A stretch of DNA of 64,000 nucleotides, taken from contig OZ024742.1 of the NCBI GenBank assembly GCA_964016885.1, positions 82,584,001-82,648,000 on the forward strand, given 5' to 3'. Positions 1-14,607 of the stretch are shown here, in pieces. The position numbers and the translations under genes were made by a program. The notes beneath the pieces are model-generated. The model had not been told where the DNA came from and ran no database searches. It worked only from the letters and a program-made list of their open reading frames with translations. The DNA is from Eledone cirrhosa. Taxonomy: Eukaryota. The first letter of the stretch is position 1. Every line of letters begins with the position of its first letter.

Positions 1-102
1 GTCGGGGTCCTACTCGTTCCTATTACCCACTCTACTACCCTAAGTATTCAGTACTTTGGAGCGTTATGGTCCAGCTGGTTCCATACCACATTTCCTTCGT
101 TA
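1..102 (+). repeat. Fragment of dispersed pLTR-like repeat family A (begins at the GTC that follows HHR stem III in other copies)
   Basis: gtcggggt...cctattacccactctactaccc...gcgttatggtcca...ttcgtta recurs at ~16055-16402, 27720-27960 and 39661-39790; ends in (TA)n. Confidence 0.7.
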
Positions 103-112
103 TATATATATA

Positions 113-150
<38 letters not shown>

Positions 151-381
151 CACACTCAGACACATACACGCACAAGCACACACACTCATATAGATATACA
201 TATATATATATATTTATATATATATATATGAAGGACGTAAATAATAAAGTTATGAAAATTGACTTACTTACTAATTGTTCTGCATTCCCCTGCATAGAAC
301 TACAAAGTTACTAAGACAAAACATATATATCTGCTAGCGTAGGTATGCATCTGTATACATATGTCGGTAGACATATTAATT

Positions 382-485
<104 letters not shown>

Positions 486-700
486 ATATGTATATGTCCA
501 AAATTAAATTAAGGGGTGTCATGTCTGAGAGACATGCGCCATATCCACTGTAGAATAAGCTCAAAGATTCTAATCATCTAAAGATACTAGAATCGATCGG
601 GCCGGATTGGTAAGGATCGCCAAACGATCGTCACATCAGAATAAACGTAATGGTGATAGTTTGACACCTCGCTCATTATCATTATTAAAGGTTAACTTAG

Positions 701-1365
701 GGCGGTGGATTGGCAGTATCGGTAAGGGTCGGACGCCATGCTTTGAAGCATAGAGTTACCTCCCTTTATGATCTGAGTTCAAATCCCGCCGAGGTTAACT
801 TTGCCTTTCATCCTTACGGGGTCGATAAAATAAAGTACCAGTAATGCACTGGAATAATTGCTGGCCTTGTGCCAAAAGTAGAAACAATTATTAAAGGTTA
901 ACTTTGCTTTTCATCCTTACAGGGTCGATAAAATAAAGTACCAGTAATTTACTGGGCAATTACTGGCCTTGTGCCAAACGTAGAAACAATTATTATTGGT
1001 GGATTGGCAGTATCGGTAGAGAGTCGGACGCCATGCTTTGACGCATAGAGTTACGGCTCTTGCCATTCTGAGTTCAAATCCCGCCGAGGTTAACTTAGCC
1101 TTTCATCCTTATGGGGTCGATAAAATAAAGTACCAGTAATACACTGGGAAATTGCTGGCCTTGTGCCAAAACTAGAAACAATTATTATTGGTGGATTGGC
1201 AGTATCGGAAGAGGGTCGGACACCATGCTTTGTAGCATAGAGTTATGTACCTTTAAAGTATGAGTTCAAATCCCACCGAGGTTAAACCAGACTTTCGTCC
1301 TTACGAGGGTCGATAAAATAAAGTAACAGTAATACACTGCCAAAAGTAGAAACAATTATTATTAT
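701..1365 (+). mobile_element. Tandem cluster of tRNA-derived SINEs (about 701-893, partial 895-995, 998-1188, 1190-1362)
   Basis: A-box-like tggcagtatcgg, B-box gagttcaaatccc, core gcctttcatccttacggggtcgataaaataaagtaccag (resembles the Meta/MESC SINE domain), tail gccttgtgccaaaagtagaaac(aat/att)n. Confidence 0.9.
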
Positions 1366-1549
1366 TAACACTATGCTTAGAAAGAAGACCAATAACTGTT
1401 TGGAGTATGTGAATTTAGTATATATAATGATATACATATGCATCTTACCGATTGGTGCTTGATAAAAAAACTCCCACTCCTGCAAATCTAACTAACCAAA
1501 AATATTATTCTACCTGTATAAGGAAAATCAATAATAACATTATAAATAA

Positions 1550-1741
1550 TAATAATTGTTTCTACTTTAGGCACAAGGCCAGCAATTATCCAGTGCATTA
1601 CTGGTACTTTATTTTATCGACCCCGTAAGGATGAATGGCAAAGTCAACCTCGGCGGGATTTGAACTCAGATCGTAAAGGGACGTAACTATGCTGGAAAGC
1701 ATGGCGTCCGACCCTCTACCGATACTGCCAATCCACCGCCA
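1550..1741 (-). mobile_element. tRNA-derived SINE, same family
   Basis: Reverse complement of the 701-893 unit, with (att)n tail. Confidence 0.9.
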
Positions 1742-2615
1742 TCATAAATAATAATGATGTAATGCATTTTACCCCAACCTATCATTTTGCATGTTGTATC
1801 AACACCATGTTCAATATGATTTGTAAATTTAATTGCTTGGTTCACGTCTAGCATTTGATATTGGCTCGATTCTTATTACGTTTTGCATTTAGTAAACATT
1901 GTTCCTTCTGACATTTCCTATAAAAATGAACTATTTTAATCATATTGAAACGGATGTAGAAATGAAAGAATAAATTTAAGTTGTTAAACTTGGTCTTTTG
2001 TCGCTTTGGACAAATCGGTTTATCAAAATATTTCCTAACATGGAACGCCTCAGTTTACAAACTGTGTCCCAATTAACTAACACACAAGCCGGCAATTACA
2101 GTTGGCAACAAGCTTGGAGAATTGGCGGGATAACATCACTTGCTGTCGAGTTGTTGCTAATATCTATCTGCCTTTCACACAGTCTCTCTCAAGATTTCGT
2201 ATGGAAAATTAGTTTATTTTAACGAAAATATCGTATGACGATCTTCTCACAGGAACGAATTATGATCGTGATCCAAGTTTCCACTGTGCATTATATTATA
2301 ATTTTTACGTTCATACAAAGAACTACCTGTGATTTTAAGGCGCGATATTGACCATATTTACATATTTAAAGAGGGATAACATTTGTTATGTTTTTCAGAA
2401 GATTTTGATCTTCTTACAATCTGGAGACATGATCAATATTGAGACTTGAAATCTTAGTTAACGCGTTTGTTCTGTGTATGAAACATATATGAATTGTATA
2501 TCGGCTCTCATACAATATTGCGCACCGCTTCCATTTTTCCAACTTACGCATATACACTGCACACGCACGCACACACACGCACACACACACACACACGCAC
2601 ACGCACACAGGTGTA

Positions 2616-2674
<59 letters not shown>

Positions 2675-3154
2675 ATGATTCGGGAAATTTTCACGCACTT
2701 GTATATTCAATTAACATCTGAATTCGGATGTCCTCAGTTGAGATATTGGTTTTGCCTGATTAACATCTCAGATGAGCTGATTGTAGCTGGAGTCAGGTTT
2801 ATAACATTAATTTGGAACCTGAGCCACCCATCTGTGAAACGTTCTTAACTGAGCATTTATCAATGAAAACCTAAATGTGAAATCTCGTTTCACGTTTGAT
2901 GTCAACATGCATGGACCTGTTATTTTTATCTAAAGACACTTTATTCCAATTCCACCCAGCCCGTCCCCTCAATCGATCTTATTTTCTCATTTTTTATTCT
3001 AATGAAGGACTAACGTCCCAAACGTTAATACCCTCTTCCTGCTATATCAAGTGTTAACCTAATATATCCCTTCCATATACTGTACGGATTGTGTTGTTAT
3101 TTTTGTTTACCTTTTACATACACACACACACATACAAACACTCACATATATATA

Positions 3155-3257
<103 letters not shown>

Positions 3258-5513
3258 AGTAGAAAGTTTATTGTCACCATTAGAGTTGAATATCTCAATG
3301 AAAAGATAAATACCAATTCAGAGAAGTATTTAATTGTAATCCCTCTGATGTTGATTTTGGCATAAGTTAAACTATGTGTATAGTATATATATTCAAACAT
3401 ACATACACACACGTATAAATATAAATATATATCAAAGAGAGTGAGAGAGACGTGTAGAGAGATGATATTCAATGAAACAGAAGCTTGTTAAAAGTCACTG
3501 AAATTATCTGCAAGTCACATGCGTCATGCACACTTACCTACATTATCTATTCACAATTTAACAAGAGAAAACCTATAAACATAGTTACATAAAAATGTTC
3601 ACACATATACCCAGCCCCGTGTAAAAACCTAGAAATATACATATGTGTTCGTCGGTGTATTTGTGTATCAGTTTACGATAACACGTATCAATTTCCCCCT
3701 CTTTTCCTTTGTTTCGCGCTCTGTACATATATATTTGAAGTCTTCGTAGTATTTGATCTTGACAAAAACTCTAACACCGGCGGCAGTTTCACTCGATATG
3801 TTGCATAATATTAAAACGAAATGTTAGTATCTCATCAAAAGAAGATGAAAGCATACAGCTACGTGTATATGATGTCGCTATAATTTCGCATGCTGTGGAT
3901 TCGGAATTCATAAATCTTTCACATCCTATTCTTCTTTCTCTCCTTCGTAAAGAGAAAAAAGGTCTGTTTGCCGATGTTACGTTCAGAGAAATACAATAAT
4001 CTTCCCCTCATGCTTCAATTTGTAATTTCGAGCCATTGATCTCTTAGAAATTCTGTATGTTCATAATATAATTAACATTAATAAGTTAGTGGGAGCTAGA
4101 ATCTGGAAAGCCTTTGGGAAATGCATTATATTAGTTGCTTTTCGTTCTTTGTGTTTCTGTTTAAATCCCATCCAAGTCCTATTTGCATTGTTATCGCTAA
4201 GAAGTAATATTGTCAACTCTCTCTTGAATGAATTGCTCCACATTGTCTACATTCCAATGATTGTAATAAGTAAAATCTTCAGAAATTTTAATTCTCCTAC
4301 ATATAAACAGAAATAGAAACGGGCTTCAATGACCCCTTTAGATTTATATGAGTCTATTATTTGTCAGAAAGCGTGTTTTAGTTATTGAAATTACCAAAAT
4401 ATTGGTATTTGTATTGTCATAGTTTCTGATAGGACAAAAGTCAAATTTCAGTCTAAAGGTTATATTAATTCAGCAGATCAAATACGATTATGTTAACATT
4501 TGGTTTGATGGGAGAATAATAAAGGAATTCTATAGTCAGCTTAGCTACCAGCACAGTTATCTACGTCACCACCTTCATATAGTTAAGATAAGCTGGTCGA
4601 AGGATTTATGCTTCTTGATTATGTGCTAGCAGACATCTGAGCGTATATTTTTCCTCATGGGTATGTTAGATAAACATCAAAACTATTATATAGGGACAAG
4701 TGTTATCTTCCCTGTGCAGTTTCGAAAGAATTAGGAAAAGTTTTAATAAAGTTAGTTCGCACAGAATTTTGAAAAAATATATGTATTTCTACAATAATAA
4801 CAGACTTTTGATAAATATATATTCGACAAGAGACACTCCAGTTCATGGAATAGATTTATTTAACTGATTCATAGTCGATGAAATTCAAAGTATATTTTCC
4901 TGCCATTTCAAGATAAAACGTGAACGCATGTAAATGAAATGACTTTACGCTGGACAATGAAGATTGTATTAGTCATTAGATTGCTGGTTTACATATGTAT
5001 AAATATATCTCAAACAAATAGTGTTCACCTCCTGATTCATGAAATATGAGCTCGTTCGCAAGTAAGAAATGGAAACGCCCTAGAATACAACATAAAATAA
5101 TCACTTATAGTGACATATTTAACCTTTCTGCTGTCGATGTATAAATGTTGCAATAATCCACTGTCCTTTCCCCAAAATATATGAGATCGGTAACCATAAT
5201 AGAATTCTTTATATATCATTAGAGGCTGGCTTTCGTTTTTAAATTAACGATAATTTATTCATTGGTTCATGCTTACTAAATGATAGTGCGTCAGGTTAGT
5301 AGGCAAGGTAAGAGCTTGCTTCAAATGAACTCACTTTCTGTACTCTTATATTCTTTTTCTCCCTTATCTCTCCTTATATGTAAACTTTTTCCTATGTTAT
5401 TTATTTTCATTATTCCCCCCTACTTTCTACCTTACCCTTTACATACACACCTTTTTATTTATAGATATTTATTTCTGTGTGTATGTATGTGTTGTGTATA
5501 TGTGTATATAATG

Positions 5514-5544
<31 letters not shown>

Positions 5545-5690
5545 ACATATATATGTGTATATAATTATATATATATGTATATATATATGTGTGTGTGTGT
5601 GTTTATGTGTGTGTGTATTTTTATTAAGGTGTGACGTAACTTTTTGTATATATGTGTGTCTGTATATTTGTGTGTATGTGTGTATATGTG

Positions 5691-5771
<81 letters not shown>

Positions 5772-5927
5772 CGATATGTCTCATATGAAATAATACAGCC
5801 AATTTTCCACACAATACATTTAGTTAGCACCCCGAACGTTTAATTAGGAATATACTCACTTATTTCCTAATGTTTGTTGAGTGAGTTGGAATTTGGCCGG
5901 AGTATCGCAAAAAAGCTTTCTCCGATA

Positions 5928-5981
<54 letters not shown>

Positions 5982-6027
5982 GCCGTCGAAACGGCTTAAG
6001 CTCTGCCGTCGGGATCATACTTTTTCT

Positions 6028-6111
<84 letters not shown>

Positions 6112-6438
6112 CAACTGGATAATTATAAGTTACCTCCCCTATATTGTCTCACAATTAAAAAAATTTAAAAATTAGCACTTAACTATAAACACCCACAATT
6201 TCTAATCTCTCGAGAAGTTACTTCCCCTGAAACCACCCTCTAATTAGTAAGGTAAATATCCCCTTTGGCAGCCATCTTGTTACCCATAGGCAGATCTCAC
6301 ACAATGCAGCCTCGACAGATGAATACTGCTTGATTATGGCTGACAACTGATGCAACCAAGACACCATAGTAAAATCCAATATATGGAACATTATATTATG
6401 TAACATTATCCCATTATTTTAATTTATATTCCTTTGAT

Positions 6439-6558
6439 GTTCCGATGAGCCGCTCTGTTTTTTAAATATGTTAATTATTTTCAACCGAACCAGATCAATT
6501 ATGATATATAGTCATCTGATCCAGAAATTTTATATGGAGTAGCGAAACAATTGTAAAC
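6439..6558 (+). ncRNA. Type I HHR-like motif in 5' pLTR (core cCgatga, long stem II insert, palindromic stem III)
   Basis: gtt-ccgatga-gccgctc...ggagtagc-gaaa-caattg-ta-aac. Confidence 0.6.
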
Positions 6559-6587
6559 GGACATTATTATTATTAAAAATATTATAA

Positions 6588-6785
6588 GGGCGGTGAATTG
6601 ACAGTGTCGGTAGAGGGTCGGACACCATGCTTTGACGCATAGAGTTACGGCCCTTGCCATTCTGAGTTCAAATCCCGCAAAGGTTAACTTTGCCTTTCAT
6701 CCTTACGGGGTCGATAAAATAAAGTACCAGTAATGTACTGGGTAATTGCTGGCCTTGTGCGAAAAGTAGAAACAATTATTATTAT
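6588..6785 (+). mobile_element. SINE inserted in the (ATT)n tract of the 5' pLTR of PLE1
   Basis: Full SINE unit; absent from the 3' pLTR copy at ~10208-10237. Confidence 0.9.
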
Positions 6786-7110
6786 TCTCTACATTCCTTA
6801 CATCAAACTAAATTATGTTGACAATCTTTTAATAATGTCTTCCTTGTGAAATGTGTGGTCTTGTTTTGCTTAACTAATGAATATCTCCAGCTCTGCGCAC
6901 CTAACTTCTGCATGAACCCAGCCACCTAGCTGCTTTGTACTGCATATTGCACATTGAGCACATGCCTTTACGCTTTGGCTTCTAACTAAACCCCCAATCT
7001 CTCCTCTCATATCTCCTCTACTATCTCCATCTCTCTCTTTAAGATTGGTTACTCTTGAACTGTGTATACTTGAGCTCCCGTAGTTGAGCTATTTACTGTT
7101 AGAAGTCACC

Positions 7111-9707
7111 ATGCTGAGCAAACAGGAACTCAGTATCTCACTTAAGTCCATACCTATCCCGGACAGAAAGACATACCTCAAACTCCTAATACATGTCAAC
7201 TCCTTCATCCGAAGAATGAGATGGAAAGCGTACCACTTTGACCGTGCGGTTGCTGCTGACACCGGAAGTACAGCAAATGGATTTACCACATGCAAGAACC
7301 CTCCACACAACATCCTGCTGGACCCTTTTGAGAAAGATCTATTCAACTTCGTCGGGAGCATTAAGTTCCAATCGCATTATAGACAAAAGAGTAACTTCCT
7401 CACTACATCAGCAACAACTATAAAAAAATTTAAAGATAGCAACCTCTTACACGTTATGTCTGACAAAACTAAACATCTATACACCATGACTCCTGAAACT
7501 TACAACTCTTTCCTTCTTAAAGAACTCAATAAAAACTATAAAAAAACTACACCCTCCAGTGTAAACGTACTTAACCGAAAAGCCCAGGGTTTGGTTAAGG
7601 ACTTACATCTGGATAGATTTACCCACCCTTATGTACCAACAACCCCAAGGTTCTCTCTCAAGGATCACAAGCCAAACTTCATAGAGAACCCATCCATTAG
7701 ACGCATAAGCCCAACCGCATCTGATCTGGGCCGCATCAGTAAGAACATCCTTGATAGCATAATCCCTGGGCTACGGGATGATACCACCTACAAGTTGTGG
7801 TCGAACACCGGCCAAGTCATCAGATGGTTCTCCGATCTAAGATCCAAGCAATCTATGAGGTTCATCCAATTTGACATAGACAGCTATTACGCGTCAATAA
7901 CCCCGGAACTGCTCAGCAAATCATTAGCCCTAGCCACCACCAACTCGGACATAACCAATAATGAGATTAACATCATACTTATGGCTAGGCAGACTATCAT
8001 TGAATTCAACGGAGCACTCTGGACTAGAAAAGATAGAACAGACAACTTTGACATTAAGATGGGCTCAAGTGACGCCGCGCAAATCACCGATTTAGTTGGG
8101 ATTTACCTATTACGTAACATCAGAGCCGAAATCCAACCCATGCAAGGCGGAATATACAGGGACGACGCACTATTTCCGGTCGACAATTGCACTAATCGGG
8201 GAATCGATTTTCTAAAGAAACAATTACATAGATTCTTCAAAAATAACGGTCTCTCTATCACCATCGAGCCGAACCATAAAGTAGTAAACTTCCTAGACAT
8301 CACCCTGGATCTCAACAATAACCTTTATAACCCTTACCATAAACCAGGTGAAATACTCACTTATATTAGCACACACTCTAACCACCCACCGGCAGTCATC
8401 AGAGCAGTAATCAAATATATCTTCTATAGGATCTCAATGCTATCAGCAAATGAGGAGATAATTATAAACCACGCACAATATTATAATAAGGCTCTCTCTG
8501 AATCTGGTTATAAACAATCAATTTATTACATACCTAAATGCTATAACACAGCAATTCACCATAATAAACTTAACACTAGAACTAGAAATACCTTAGCATA
8601 TAGCCAGATTCGCTGGAATTTTAGCAGTAACAGCACCTATACAGGGGACTTTAATGGTGGCAGCGGCCTGCTCCCCACTCCAAGTAGCAAACTAAAAATC
8701 AACCCTAGAATAGGAATGAGAAATGGGATGACAAATAACAAATCCGCAGGTAATAATACCCCTAGGTGGCTGGGTTCATGCAGAAGTTAGGTGCGCAGAG
8801 CTGGAAATATTCATTAGTTAAGCAAAATAAGACCACAAATTTCACAAGGAAGACATTATTAAAAGATTGTCAACATAATTTAGAACCCCTAGAAGGAATA
8901 GACCTAGAAATATCACCTGGCTCAACCCCCCCCCCCCATTCTCATCTAATCTAGCCACTAATATCCCCAAACGCTTCTTCTCTATCCTATCCAAACACTT
9001 CCATCCCAAAACCATAGATATTACAAACTCTTTAATAAAAATAACATTAAATCTCATTCTCCACAACACCTAAACTAGCTAGCCACATCGCGGTCAGTAA
9101 TCATCATAAGCTAAGACAGTATAACTCCCACACCGCGGTACCACCACCCCTATCAAATACACCACGCCACTACACCAATAATTACTCTAGTAGCACACCT
9201 CCCTCATCTAATCCTTCTAGCACAAACCTACCGCTTAGGTTAAACAACCCTACTCTCACTAACCGCAGAAGCAACTGCAACTGCCGTTACCCCAATGCAT
9301 GCACATTAAATGGACACTGCCTGACACCCAACATAGTCTATAGGTGCACGGTTGAGACTGCTTCGAATACCAGCTCTTATATCGGGTCTACCTCTAACTC
9401 TTTTAAGGTACGCTATAACGCGCACTCTTTTTCCTTCCGAGACCCTAGCAACAGATGTTCGACATCACTAGCTAGACTCATTAAAAACCTTAAATTAAAC
9501 AACGTTCAACACTCACTAAAATGGGATATCGTGGCTAGGGCCCAACCGTTCAATGGACGAAGTAAATCTTGTGATCTCTGTATTACGGAAGCATATTACA
9601 TAACTCTATCACGACCTCTACCGATTAGCGATAGAACGGAGGTAACCATTAGCTGTCAACATCGAAGGGCTAATTCCTTCGCCAATAGAATTTTTGACCC
9701 GACTTAG
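7111..9707 (+). pseudogene. PLE reverse transcriptase + GIY-YIG endonuclease, disrupted
   Basis: SDKT, FSLKDHK, FIQFDIDSYYASI, MGSSDAAQITDLVG, GIYRDDAL, VNFLDITLDL, SNHPP in ORF 7084-8790; downstream frames give [54 protein letters not shown], stop near 9707. Confidence 0.9.
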
Positions 9708-10083
9708 TCATGTAGCCCCATTTTTACTTGTAGCTAATAAGTTAAATTGCTATGAACAACTCGATAATTATAAGTTTCCTCCCCTACATTGTCTCTCAAT
9801 TAAAAGAATTTAAAAATTAGCACTAAACTATAAAAACCCATAATTTCTAATCTCTCGAGAAGTTAATACCCCAGAAAACACCTTCTAATTAGTAAAGTAA
9901 ATATGCCCTTTGGCAGCCATTTTGATACCCATAGGCAGATCTCACACAATGCAGCCTCGACAAATGAATACTGCTTGATTATGGCTGACAACTGATGCAA
10001 TCAAGACAACATAGTAAAAACCAATATATGGAACATTATATTATGTAACATTATCCCATTATTTTAATTTATATTCCTTTGAA

Positions 10084-10203
10084 GTTCAGATGAGCCACTC
10101 TATTTTTAAAATATGTTAATTAGTTTCAACTGAACCAGATCAATTATGATATATAGTCATCTGATCCAGAAATATCATATGGAGTAGCGAAACAATTGTA
10201 AAC
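10084..10203 (+). ncRNA. Type I HHR-like motif in 3' pLTR (core cAgatga)
   Basis: gtt-cagatga-gccactc...ggagtagc-gaaa-caattg-ta-aac. Confidence 0.6.
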
Positions 10204-10331
10204 GGACATTATTATTATTAATATTATTATTATTATACTCTACATTACTTACATCAAACTAAAATATGTTGACAATCTCTTAATAATGTCCACCTTGTGA
10301 AAGTTGTGGTCTTGTTTTGCTTAACTAATGA

Positions 10332-10432
<101 letters not shown>

Positions 10433-10655
10433 GTACATACATATATGTATACAGACGTACAGTATGTATATATATGTATACAGACGTACAGTATGTATAT
10501 ATATATATACATACATGCACACATATATATATGTACGTATGGATTCACCAAACATTTATTATAATGCTCAGTGTGTTTGTAAACAAACATCCCGTATTAA
10601 GCTGTAGTGTCTAGCAACCACCGGTGCTCGTTTGTTCACAACTGACAAAGGAGCG

Positions 10656-10692
10656 CTGTACTAGTTTCAAACTTGTTAACTATCGTCAGCAA
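10656..10692 (-). ncRNA. Minimal type I HHR
   Basis: Minus strand ttg-ctgacga-tagttaacaagttt-gaaa-ctag-ta-cag. Confidence 0.6.
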
Positions 10693-11109
10693 AAACCCTG
10701 GCGTTTCGGGAGACCTTTTGCCATATAAAACAAGTAACATTCAAAGACCAACCAGATGTAAGAAAAACAACAGACCCTAGGTTTGTTTACAAACAAACCG
10801 AACATTATAATAAGTGTTCGGTAAACCCATACGTACATATATATATATGTATGTGTGCATTTATGTATATATATACATACTACTGTACGTCTGTATACAT
10901 ATATGTATGTACGTATACTTACTTATATTTTAGTATCAGCCGTACTAAGAGAGAGAAATGAAATTTTGTTTCATTTTTTTACATTTATCATTTTCTGTAC
11001 GCCGGGCTGACTACCTCACTCGATATGCAAATTAGGCTGCTCAGCCGTTAATATGCATAAGGAAAGTATATACTTTCAAACGTGCAATCATCTGACAGGA
11101 AGGTACACA

Positions 11110-11146
11110 TTGCTGACGATGGCTAATAAGCTTGAAACTAGTTCAT
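11110..11146 (+). ncRNA. Minimal type I HHR
   Basis: ttg-ctgacga-tggctaataagctt-gaaa-ctag-tt-ca; palindromic stem III; GUU triplet. Confidence 0.6.
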
Positions 11147-11479
11147 CGTTCATTTGTCAGTGTTGAACAAAAGGGCAACGATGGTTGCCGAACACTGTAC
11201 AGCTTAATTCGGACCGTTTGTATACAAACAAACCGAAAATTATATATATATATATATATATTTTATATAGATATGTAAAAACCCCCCCACTGGTGAATTA
11301 ATAACAGTAATTAATAACAAAAAACAAATCCCCCATTCCCATTATGCCAAACCCATGACTTCCAAACATCTGATTCACCCGAAACTCAGCTGTTTCGGAT
11401 CACACTAAAATCAACATACAGATTGCGGATTTGGTACGGTGATGAGAAACGTGTCCCGCGTGTGCAACCCAAAAGAACT

Positions 11480-12649
11480 AGAGAGACACATACAACACTT
11501 CATCCACCGTATGCAGTTCTCTGGTTACAAGCGCAGATATAAAATCAGAGTATATAGAGCAGCCAAAAGCAAATGGGGAAAAAATGGTAAATACTGATAC
11601 AAATGGGACATGCCCATTGTATAGGAGCAAATTTTGGAATAGAATAGAAAGAACTAGGAATAAGGTTAATAGAATAAACTCAAGGTATGATAGCAATAAA
11701 TACCAGAGTGTAGTGTTCATCAATACAACCCTTTGAGGTGAATTAGCTTACAAATTTAGAAGGCCCCTAGATAAACATAAACTTAATAGTAAGATAGTAG
11801 AAAGACAATGTACCTCTATAAAAACACTTATTAGTAATACATACCCTTTTTAAAGACCTCCCTTTATAGATAAGAAATGCATAATCTGTAAATTAAGTGC
11901 AAAACTAGAAACATAGTATATAACATAAGATGTACTGAAGGACAATGTAAAGATAAGAATATAGTGTACATAGGAGAACGATTAAATGAACACTAGCGAG
12001 AGCTTCAAGGGAGAAAAGAATCATCAGTACTCCACCAACATGTTTTAAAATAGAACATAAGGGCAAATTAGGAACATAGAAATAAAAATAAAATCTACAC
12101 ACAGAAAAGACGCAATGTTTAGACAAATCACAGAAGCAATAAACATAAATGAACTCCAACCAAAATTAAATAGAAAACATGAATGGAATAGCAACATCAC
12201 AACTTACAATTAAGGACAAAATGAAAACACACACACATAGAACAAACGACTACCTAGTAACATGTAAATAAACAAATAAATAAACAAATAAAAACACACG
12301 CAGACACCAGGATGTAACACATGCGCAAACTAAGCACACAACTCACACAAAAACAAGATGGCGTAGGACAGAACAAAGGAGAGGCACAAAACAAAGAAAA
12401 TAATCCCCAGTCACTGAAGATTCACACAACGTGTGACGAAAGAACTTTGACAATATATGAACAACCGTCCGGATGTGGAACTAACCAACCAAGCGGAAAT
12501 TTAAATTAATTTTTTTATAAATTTATAATTTAATTTATAATAAATTGGAGTTTGTTTCTTATTGGCAACATGACCCTCCCAAAGTATAACAATATCGGTT
12601 TCAACACACGTTTTCAGATAAAGAATCTTGCTAAACAATTTCAGAAGCG

Positions 12650-12652
<3 letters not shown>
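11480..12652 (+). mobile_element. Decayed PLE 3' fragment (GIY-YIG endonuclease + 3' UTR/pLTR)
   Basis: Interrupted frames read KCIICKL, IVYNIRC, YIGE, LNEH, RQITEAINI; homologous to 62860-63575. Confidence 0.7.
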
Positions 12653-12722
<70 letters not shown>

Positions 12723-12765
12723 TTCATAATATTAATAAATATAGACATTCATGCGATAAAATATA

Positions 12766-12827
12766 TTTTATTATATATATTTCAGAGGTACCGTGCATTT
12801 TCCTCAGTACCTCCTCATCAGATAAAA
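12766..12827 (-). ncRNA. Type I HHR with intact core
   Basis: Minus strand ttttat-ctgatga-ggaggtac...gtacctct-gaaa-tatata-ta-ataaaa; degenerate inverted partner at ~12950-13011; related copy near 36980-37045. Confidence 0.75.
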
Positions 12828-13165
12828 TACATTGATGTCTGACATACCTCAACTGTGCTGATGGTTCAAATCCAGTCTTGGCAGTCTTGACTGCCAAGAC
12901 TGGAATTGAACCATCAATTTATTTTATCTGGTGATAAATCACCAATTTATTTCACCTGATGAGTACGTACGGAGGAAACACTAAAGTTTCTCTGAAATAT
13001 ATATAATAAAATATATTTGATCACAATAATGTCTATATTTATTAATATTTTGAATTAATATTAATAACTCCAGAAAACATTTAACAGTTGAGTTCTTCTA
13101 ATCTATTGTATAACTATATTCATTGATTAATCAATGAACGTTGTTTAACCGTTGGTCATATATAT

Positions 13166-13302
<137 letters not shown>

Positions 13303-13412
13303 AAATTATATTAAGGGAGTCATGTCTGAAACATACGCCATATCCACCGTAGAATAAGCTCAAAGATTCTAATGAATAGATCCGAGCATTTTATATCAAC
13401 TAGAAATTGATT

Positions 13413-13517
<105 letters not shown>

Positions 13518-13554
13518 AACACATGAAACAATCACAGGTAGGTAACTATTTAAA

Positions 13555-13960
13555 CTTCAAATATAGATACCATTTAAAATGATTAATCTTCCTTGTATAT
13601 ATTTCATTAAAGAAATATATTTCACCATTAATCCGTAAACTCATTGTAGTCAAATTATGGATCTTCAACAAGGGAGAAATTTGACTATCTGTGTTTACAC
13701 ATCAAATGCAAATCTGCGAATGACCCGTCACACGTGTTGCATTTATAAAACTACACACATCGTTCCAGCGTCATCCCAGTGGCGTGAATAGGATTATCGA
13801 CAGCTAGAAATAGCAGCCGAGTCCTTTCAACTGAGCCGTATATATCTCCAAAATTAAATTAAGGGAGTCCTGTCCGAGACATGCGCCATATCCACCGTAG
13901 AATAAGCTCAAAGATTCCAATGAATAGATCTGAGCATTTTATATCAACTAGAAATTGATT

Positions 13961-14033
<73 letters not shown>

Positions 14034-14300
14034 CACATGAAACAATCACAGTGGATAATTTGATCCTATTTGACGCGACCGGGATGACACAGGTACGATT
14101 TGTGTAGTTTTATAAATGCAACACGTGCGACAGGTCATTCGCAGATTTGCATTTGATGTGTAAACACAGATAGTTAAATATTCTCCCTTGCTGAAGATCC
14201 AGTTTGACTAATGTGAGATTACGGATAAATGGTGAAATATATTTCTTTAATGAAATATATACAAGGAAGATTAATCATTTTAATAGGTATCTATCTTTGA
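13555..14300. repeat. Inverted pair of HHR-containing segments (13555-13778 vs 14080-14300)
   Basis: About 220-bp reverse-complement match; 13295-13420 also repeats at 13845-13965 and, partially, ~495-575. Confidence 0.75.
14186..14266 (+). ncRNA. Type I HHR with full stem III
   Basis: ccttg-ctgaaga-tcca...tggt-gaaa-tatatttc-tttaat-gaaatata-ta-caagg; the inverted copy at 13591-13673 has ttgaaga. Confidence 0.7.
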
Positions 14301-14423
14301 TGTTTTAGTTTAACTCTAATTATCTACCTACCTAGCTGTGTGTGGTTACACACTTTACAAATTATCCCCTGAGATTGTTTCATGTGTTTATTTTAGATAT
14401 ATATGCATCAATCAATTTCTACT

Positions 14424-14475
<52 letters not shown>

Positions 14476-14573
14476 AAGTCAGGACCCAGACGGCTGAGCA
14501 CCGGCCGTTTCGACAGCTAGATCCGAACAGTTATGGTCCACCTGGTATCTTACCACACTCTCTATTCTTTGTT

Positions 14574-14607
<34 letters not shown>

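Noticed and set aside
701-1365. Possible CRISPR-like array or tRNA genes
   Set aside because: Units are ~190-bp SINEs without unique spacers; the head does not give a clear cloverleaf
2997-3030. ctaatgaaggactaacgtcccaaacgtta HHR relic
   Set aside because: Both G5 and G12 are mutated; at best a dead copy
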